A stretch of 64,000 nt of DNA from Scyliorhinus canicula. Taxonomy: Eukaryota. Positions 57,670 to 64,000 of this stretch are shown here, one piece after another. The notes under the pieces are model-generated. The model saw nothing but the letters and a program-made list of their open reading frames with translations. It searched no databases and had not been told where the DNA came from. The position numbers and the translations under genes were made by a program. The stretch is taken from contig NC_052153.1 of assembly GCF_902713615.1 (NCBI RefSeq), forward strand, positions 191,060,826 through 191,124,825. Direction: 5' to 3'. The first letter of the stretch is position 1, and each line of letters starts with the position of its first letter.

Positions 57670-59435
57670 AGTGCGAGAACATGAGTGCAAGCTAGTTGGT
57701 AACATAAATGAAGATAAGAAGAGTTTTTTTCAATATATAAAAGGTAAGAGAGAGGCAAAAATAGACATTGGACCACTAGAAAATGTGGCTGGAAAAGTAA
57801 TAATAGGAAACAAAGAAATGGCAGAGGAACTGAATAGTCTTCATGGTGGAAGACACCAGTGGGATGCCAGAGCTCCAGGAGAACCAGGGGGAAGAGGTGA
57901 GTGACCATTACTAAAGAGAAGGTTCTATGGAAACTGAAAGGTCTGAATAAATCACCTGGACCGGATGGACTACTACCCAGGGTTCTAAAAGAGATAGCTG
58001 AGGAAATTGTGGGGGCATTGGTGATGATCTTTCAGGAATCACTGGAGGCAGGAAGGGTGCCGGGGCACTGGAAAGTGGCTAATGTAACACCGCTGTTTAA
58101 GAAGGGAAGGAGGCAGAAGGTGGGAAATGATAGGCCGGTTAGCCTGACTGTTATTAAAGATGAGATCGCGGAGTACTTGGAAGTGCATGGTAAAATAGGA
58201 CTGAGTTAGCACGGCTTTGTCAAAGGGAGGTTGTATCTGACAAATTTGTTAGAGTTCTTTGAGGAGGTAACAAAGAAGTTAGACAAAGGAGAACCAGTGG
58301 ACGTGATTTATTTAGATTTCCAGAAGGCCTTTGACAAGATGCCGCCTAGCAGACTTAAATAAGTTAAGAGCCCATGGTGTTAAGGGTAAGATCCTAGCAT
58401 GGATAGAGGATTGGCTGACTGGCAGAAGGCAGAGAGTGGGGATAAAAGGATCTTTTTCAGGATGGCAGCCGGTGACTAGTGGTGTGCCTCAGGGGTCTGT
58501 GCTGGGACCACAACTTTTCACAAATCTAATTAATGATCTGGAAGAAGGAACTGAAGGCACTGTTGCTAAGTCTGCAGATGATACCAAGATCAGTAGCGGG
58601 GCAGATAGTATTGAGGAAGCAAGGGGGCTGCAGAAGGATTTGGACAGGCTAGGAGAGTGAAAAAATGAAAATTGCTTATTGTCACGAGTAGGCTTCAATG
58701 AAGTTACTGTGAAAAGCCCCTAGTCGCCACATTCCGGCGCCTGTCCGGGGAGGCTGGGCAATGAAGTGGGAAATGAAATACAATGTGGAAAAGTGTGAGG
58801 TTATGCACTTTGGAAGGAGAAATGGAGGCATAGACTAGTTTCTAAATGGGGAAATGCTTAGGAAATCAGAAGCACAAAGGGCCTTGGGAGTCCTTATTCA
58901 CGATTCTCTTAAGGTTAATGTGCAGGTTCAGTCGGCAGTTAGGAAGGCAAATGCAAAGTTCGCATTCATGTCGAGAGGGCTAGAATACAAGACCAGGGAT
59001 GTACTTCTGAGGCTGTATCAGGCTCTGGTCAGACCCCATTTGGAGCATTGTGAGCAGTTTTGGGCCCTGTATCTAAGGAAGGACGTGCTGGCCTTGGAAA
59101 GGGTCCAGAGGAGGTTCACAAGAATGATCCCTGGAATGAAGAACTTGTCGTATGAGCAACGGTCGACAACTCTGGGTCTGTACTCGTTGGAGTTTAGAAG
59201 GATGAGGGGGAGAATCTTATTGAAACTTACAGGATATTGAGAGGCCTGGATAGAGTGGACATGGAGAGGATGTTTCCACTTATAGGAAAAACTAGAAGCA
59301 GAGGACACTATCTCAGACTTTAAAACAGAGATGAGGAGGAATTTCTTCAGCCAGAGGGTGGTGAATCTGTGGAACTCTTTCCCACAGAAGGCTGTGGAGG
59401 CCAAATTACTGAGTGTCTTTAAGACAGAGATAGAT
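57670..59435 (+). mobile_element. Degraded CR1 ORF2, with a SINE B piece at 58660-58757, cut at the 3' end by an L1
   Basis: Several RT fragments ([25 protein letters not shown]). Confidence 0.88.
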
Positions 59436-59585
59436 GGACTTCCGGTTGCGGCTATGACCAGCTAAGTCGCACATTTGGCAGCTCCTGCGACAAAGGTGTT
59501 TAAGGGCCGATTGGAGGGCCCCGACGGTACTGTAAAGACGAATCCCGGTGGGGGAAGGCTCCCTGAGGAGAACCAGACCAACTTT

Positions 59586-60431
59586 ATGGTCGGTACTCGG
59601 AGAGGGGCGACAAAAAAAGCGGCAGCAGCTCCCCAAAAAAAGCGGGGGAAGAGGACCAAAATGGCGGCCGGTGGCGCACTAGAAGATTGGAGAAAATGGG
59701 CGGAGGAGCAGCAGGCCGCTCTCCTCCGGTGTTTTACGGAGCTGAAAGTGGAACTCTTAGAGTCCATGAATGCGACGACCACAAGGCTGATGGGGGCCCA
59801 GACGACCCAAGAGGCGTCGATAAGAGAGCTGCAGCAGGAGATGGCGGTGAGGGAGGAGGAAGCCACGGTCCTCGTGGGAAAGGTGGAGGTGCACGAGGCA
59901 CTCCACCTGAAATGGCAGAGCCGCTTTGAGGAGCTGGACACGCGAATGAGGCGGAAGAACTTGAGGATCCTGGGCCTAGCAGAAGGCCTGGAGGGGCCTG
60001 ATCTCCCGAAATATGTAGCGAAGATGTTGAGCTCCCTGATGGGAGAGGGGGCCGGTCCATCGCCCCTGGAGCTGGAAGAAGCATATCGGGTCATGGCTAG
60101 GCGGCCTAGGGCAAACGAGCCCCCGAGGGCGGTGCTGGTGCGGTTCCAGCGTCTCTGCGATCGGGAGAAAGTGCTGAGGTGGGCCAAGAGGGAGAAAAGC
60201 AGCAAATGGGAGAATTCGACGGTGCGGATATATCAGGACTGGAGTGCGGAGGTGGCAAAGCGGCGGGCCCGGTTTAACCGAACGAAGGCGGTGCTGCACG
60301 CAAAAAGGATCAAGTTTGGAATGCTGCAGCCAGCGCGCTTGTGGGTCACCTACAAGGACCAGCACCATTACTTTGAGACCCCAGAGGAGGCATGGACTTT
60401 TGTTCGGGAGGAAAAGCTGGACCTGAACTAG
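59586..60431 (+). CDS. L1 ORF1p (coiled coil, RRM, CTD); first in-frame ATG at 59586
   Basis: RRKNLRILGLAEG..PRAVLVRF..IYQDWSAEV..FGMLQPARLWVT. Confidence 0.9.
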   Translation: MVGTRRGATKKAAAAPQKKRGKRTKMAAGGALEDWRKWAEEQQAALLRCFTELKVELLESMNATTTRLMGAQTTQEASIRELQQEMAVREEEATVLVGKVEVHEALHLKWQSRFEELDTRMRRKNLRILGLAEGLEGPDLPKYVAKMLSSLMGEGAGPSPLELEEAYRVMARRPRANEPPRAVLVRFQRLCDREKVLRWAKREKSSKWENSTVRIYQDWSAEVAKRRARFNRTKAVLHAKRIKFGMLQPARLWVTYKDQHHYFETPEEAWTFVREEKLDLN

Positions 60432-61363
60432 AACTTGGGAACGCCGGCGGTCGAGGCCGCCCGAGTACCCTTGACTGATCAAGTGGCCCATGTCTTTCTT
60501 AGGCCAGGTCGGAACTTGGTTAAAGTTGATGGATCGTTTGGTTTCTTTGAAAGTTGTGTTATGGGGGGTTTCTTTGTTCCTTTTTGTGTGTCTCTTCCCG
60601 TTGCCAACTTCCCTTAATTGTTGTTGTTGTAGGGGGGGCTTTTTTACTGTTTTTTGATCTGTTCTTTAAGGGTTATGGTTACTGTTGGTTAAGTACGTTA
60701 TTATTGGGTAGTTATTTAGTTATTTAGTTATGCAGGCATAGTTATGTATTTATGTATTTATTTGCGATTTGTTATTTATATTGTTATATTGTTAAGTTGG
60801 GGAGGCGGGACGGGGGGGGAGCAAGTGGGTTATGCGTGTTTTCTTTTTCTCTTTTTTCTTCCTCTCGTTTTAAGGGGGCTTTGTTATCGGTGTGGATGGG
60901 GACGGGGATGGAATTGAAGATGGCGGGGTAGGGTGTGGCCGGGCGAAAGCGCGGGCTCTCCCCTGTTTCCCGCGCGCGGGACGGAGGAAGGGGGAGGAGA
61001 GAAGAGTGGGGTGTGGCCAGCAATGGCGGCTTTTCCCGCGCTGAAGCGGGGTCAGAGAGGGATGGCAAGGGGGGGGAGGCCCCTCCCCCCCCCCACATCG
61101 GGAGGAGTCGGAGTGTGGCAGGGGCAGCCGGGTCAGCGAAAACCAGCTGACTCTCGGGAGTACGATGGTGGATACACTGCGGCTAGGAGGGGTCCTAGCC
61201 AGGGGGGGGGGGGGGGAAGGGGGGTTAGGAGGGGATACCGGGTTGCTGCTGGAAAGGCTGAGGACGGGAAGGGAAGAACGGGAGGAGAGAGGGGGGGGGG
61301 GCCATCGCCATGGGGAACGGGTCAGAAGGGGAGGGTCGACCCGGGGCGGACAGGGGACAGGAC

Positions 61364-64000
61364 ATGGCTAATAGACAGGGGAAAGGGACGGGTCGCTCCG
61401 CGACCCGGTTGATTACTTGGAATGTGAGGGGGCTGAACGGACCGGTCAAGAGATCAAGGGTTTTTTCACACCTAAAGGGACTGCTGGCGGATGTGGCAAT
61501 GTTGCAGGAGACTCACTTGAGAGTAGTAGACCAGGTGCGCCTGAGAAGGGGGTGGGTGGGACAGGTGTTCCACTCAGGCTTGGACGCAAAGAACCGGGGG
61601 GTGGCGATTTTGGTGGGAAAGAGGGTGTTGTTCGTGGCGGCGCAGGTGGTAGCAGATAAGGAGGGTAGGTACGTGATGGTGAAGGGTAGGCTGCAGGGAG
61701 AGAATGTGGTGCTGGTAAATGTATATGCCCCGAATTGGGATGACGCGGGTTTTATGAGGCGCCTGTTGGGCCTCATTCCGGGTCTGGAGGCAGGAGGCCT
61801 GATCATGGGGGGGGACTTCAACACAGTGCTCGACCCTGGGCTGGACAGATCGAGTTCCAGGACGAATAGGAGGCCGGCAGCGGCGGAGGTGCTAAGGGGG
61901 TTCATGGAGCAGATGGGGGGGGGTAGACCCTTGGAGATTTGGCAGGCCAAGGGCGAGGGAGTATTCTTTTTTCTCCCACGTCCACAGGGTGTACTCCAGA
62001 ATAGACTTTTTTGTACTGAGCAGGGGGCTGATTTCGAGAGTGCAGGACACGGAGTACTCGGCCATTGCGATTTCGAACCATGCACCACACTGGGTAGAGG
62101 TAGAACTGGGGGAAGCACGGGACCAGCGCCCGCTGTGGCGCCTGGATGTGGGGCTGCTGGCGGACGATGAGGTGTGCGGAAGGGTCCGGAAGGGCATTGA
62201 GAGATATCTGGGCACGAACGACACGGGCGAGGTGAAGGTGGGGGTAGTCTGGGAGGCCCTGAAAGCAGTGATCAGAGGAGAGCTGATCTCCATAAGGGCA
62301 CACAGAGAAAGGAAGGAGAGGCAGGAGAGGGAGAGACTGGTGGGGGAACTTATAGAAGTGGACAGGAGATATGCGGAGACACCAGAGGAGGGGCTGTTGA
62401 GGGAGCGGCGCAGTTTACAGGCCCAGTTTGACCTACTGACCACTAGGAAGGCGGAGACGCAATGGAGAAGGGCACAGGGTGCGGTCTATGAGTACGGGGA
62501 AAAGGCGAGCAGGATGCTAGCACACCAGCTGCGCAAGCGAGATGCAGCCAGAGAGATTGGGGGAGTGAGAGAGAAGGGAGGGAACGTAGTGCAGAAGGGG
62601 CAAGAGGTGAACGGGGTCTTCAGGGATTTCTACAGGGAATTGTACCGGTCTGAGCCGCCCAGGAGGAGGGGGGGAATGGAGAACTTCCTTGATAGATTGA
62701 GGTTCCCAAAGGTCCAGGAGGAACGGGTGGAGGGGCTGGGGGCGCCGATAGAGCTGCAGGAACTAGTTAAAGGGATAGGCCAGATGCAGGCGGGGAAGGC
62801 GCCGGGGCCGGATGGGTTCCCGGTGGAATTTTATAAGAAGTATGTGGACTTGGTGGGTCCAGTGCTGGTGCGAGCCTTCAATGAGGCGCGAGAGGGGGGG
62901 GCTCTGCCCCCGACAATGTCACAGGCCCTGATCTCCTTGATCCTGAAGCGGGACAAAGACCCTGTACAGTGCGGGTCCTACAGGCCTATCTCCCTCTTGA
63001 ATGTAGATGCCAAACTGTTGGCAAAGGTCCTGGCAACCAGAATAGAGGATTGTGTGCCAGGGGTAATCCATGAGGACCAGACGGGTTTCGTAAAGGGACG
63101 ACAACTTAATACAAATGTCCGGAGGCTGTTGAATGTAATTATGATGCCAGCAGTGGAGGGGGAGGCTGAGATAGTGGTAGCACTGGATGCGGAGAAGGCA
63201 TTCGATAGGGTGGAGTGGGAATACCTGTGGGAGACGCTGGAACGGTTTGGGTTTGGGGAGGGATTTATCAAGTGGGTGAAGCTGCTGTATTCGGCCCCGA
63301 TGGCGAGTGTGGTTACAAACGGGAGGAGGTCGGAGTATTTTGGGCTCCATCGAGGTACCAGGCAGGGATGCCCCCTATCCCCCTTACTATTTGCATTAGC
63401 GATCGAACCGTTGGCGATGGCACTGAGGGGTTCAGGGGGTTGGAGAGGACTGACAAGGGGAGGGGAGGAGCATCGGGTATCACTCTATGCGGATGATTTG
63501 TTGTTGTATGTGGCGGATCCGGAAGGGGGAATGCCGGAGGTAATGGAAATACTAGCGGAGTTTGGGGACTTTTCGGGATATAAATTAAATGTGGGTAAAA
63601 GTGAGGTCTTTGTGATACACCCGGGAGATCAGGGGGAGGGAATTGGGCGGCTCCCCTTTAGGAGAGCAGTAAAGAGCTTCAGGTACTTGGGGGTGCAGGT
63701 GGCAAGGAACTGGGGGACCCTCCACAAGCTGAACTTTTCAAGGCTGGTGGAGCAGATGGAGGAGGAGTTCAAGAGGTGGGACATGGTACCGCTGTCGCTA
63801 GCAGGGAGGGTGCAGTCAGTCAAAATGACGGTCCTCCCGAGGTTCTTGTTTCTGTTCCAGTGCTTGCCCATCTTCCTCCCCAGGGCCTTCTTCAAGAAGG
63901 TAACTAGCAGCATTATGGGCTATGTGTGGGCGCATGGCACCCCTAGAGTGAGAAGGATTTTCTTGGAACGGAGTAGGGACAGTGGAGGATTAGCGCTACC
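61364..64000 (+). CDS. L1 ORF2p (EN+RT) with a single +1 shift in the G9 run at 61915-61923; runs off the window
   Basis: ITWNVRGLN, LQETH, GGDFN; after the shift YSRID, GPDGF, DAEKAFD, RQGCPLSP, YADD. Confidence 0.88.

Larger units (their letters stand above)
59436..64000 (+). mobile_element. L1-type LINE, apparently full length at the 5' end, continuing beyond the window
   Basis: 5' UTR, ORF1, about 930-bp spacer, then ORF2 with EN and RT. Confidence 0.95.

Noticed and set aside
59462-60205. 247-aa antisense ORF over L1 ORF1 as an ORF0-like gene
   Set aside because: It is a shadow of a GC-rich coding strand, starts at a non-ATG codon and shows no recognisable domain.
45304-64000. CFTR exon 2 (expected W-x-RPIL-x-KGY..LELSDIY)
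   Set aside because: I found no matching sequence by eye or in the ORF track; a 111-nt exon could be missed without tBLASTn, and intron 1 may exceed the window.

Overview
Repeat-dense vertebrate genomic DNA, almost certainly from a cartilaginous fish (shark). This rests on HE1/V-SINE and Deu-domain SINEs, CR1, fish-type L1, and a CFTR N-terminus matching the dogfish protein as I recall it. One host gene can be assembled on the minus strand: a SIGLEC15-like receptor (leader 31591-31630, V-set 21405-21800, C2+TM 18468-18851, tail exons 17200-17227 and 16033-16081, probable last exon from 11320; about 293 aa). It keeps the sialic-acid-binding Arg but lacks the transmembrane Lys that couples Siglec-15 to DAP12. 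The most striking feature is at 43174-45295: a 2,122-bp segment bounded by hAT-type TIRs and an 8-bp TSD that interrupts the gag of a young Gypsy retrotransposon. It carries the CFTR proximal promoter, coding exon 1 (MQRSPIEKANAFSKLFFR, 53 nt, gtaag donor) and about 1 kb of presumed intron 1, so it looks like a Pack-type DNA transposon carrying a host promoter plus first exon. No CFTR exon 2 was seen in the window. The remainder is a deleted class I ERV (1-4167), one CR1 with intact ORF2 and one restorable ORF2, a near-intact L1 running off the right end, MITEs, many SINEs, two minisatellites and a degenerate intron-containing tRNA-Arg(TCG). All comparisons with known proteins are from memory and need alignment. 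Frameshifts inside long G/C runs may be assembly errors. SINE and LINE-fragment boundaries are approximate.
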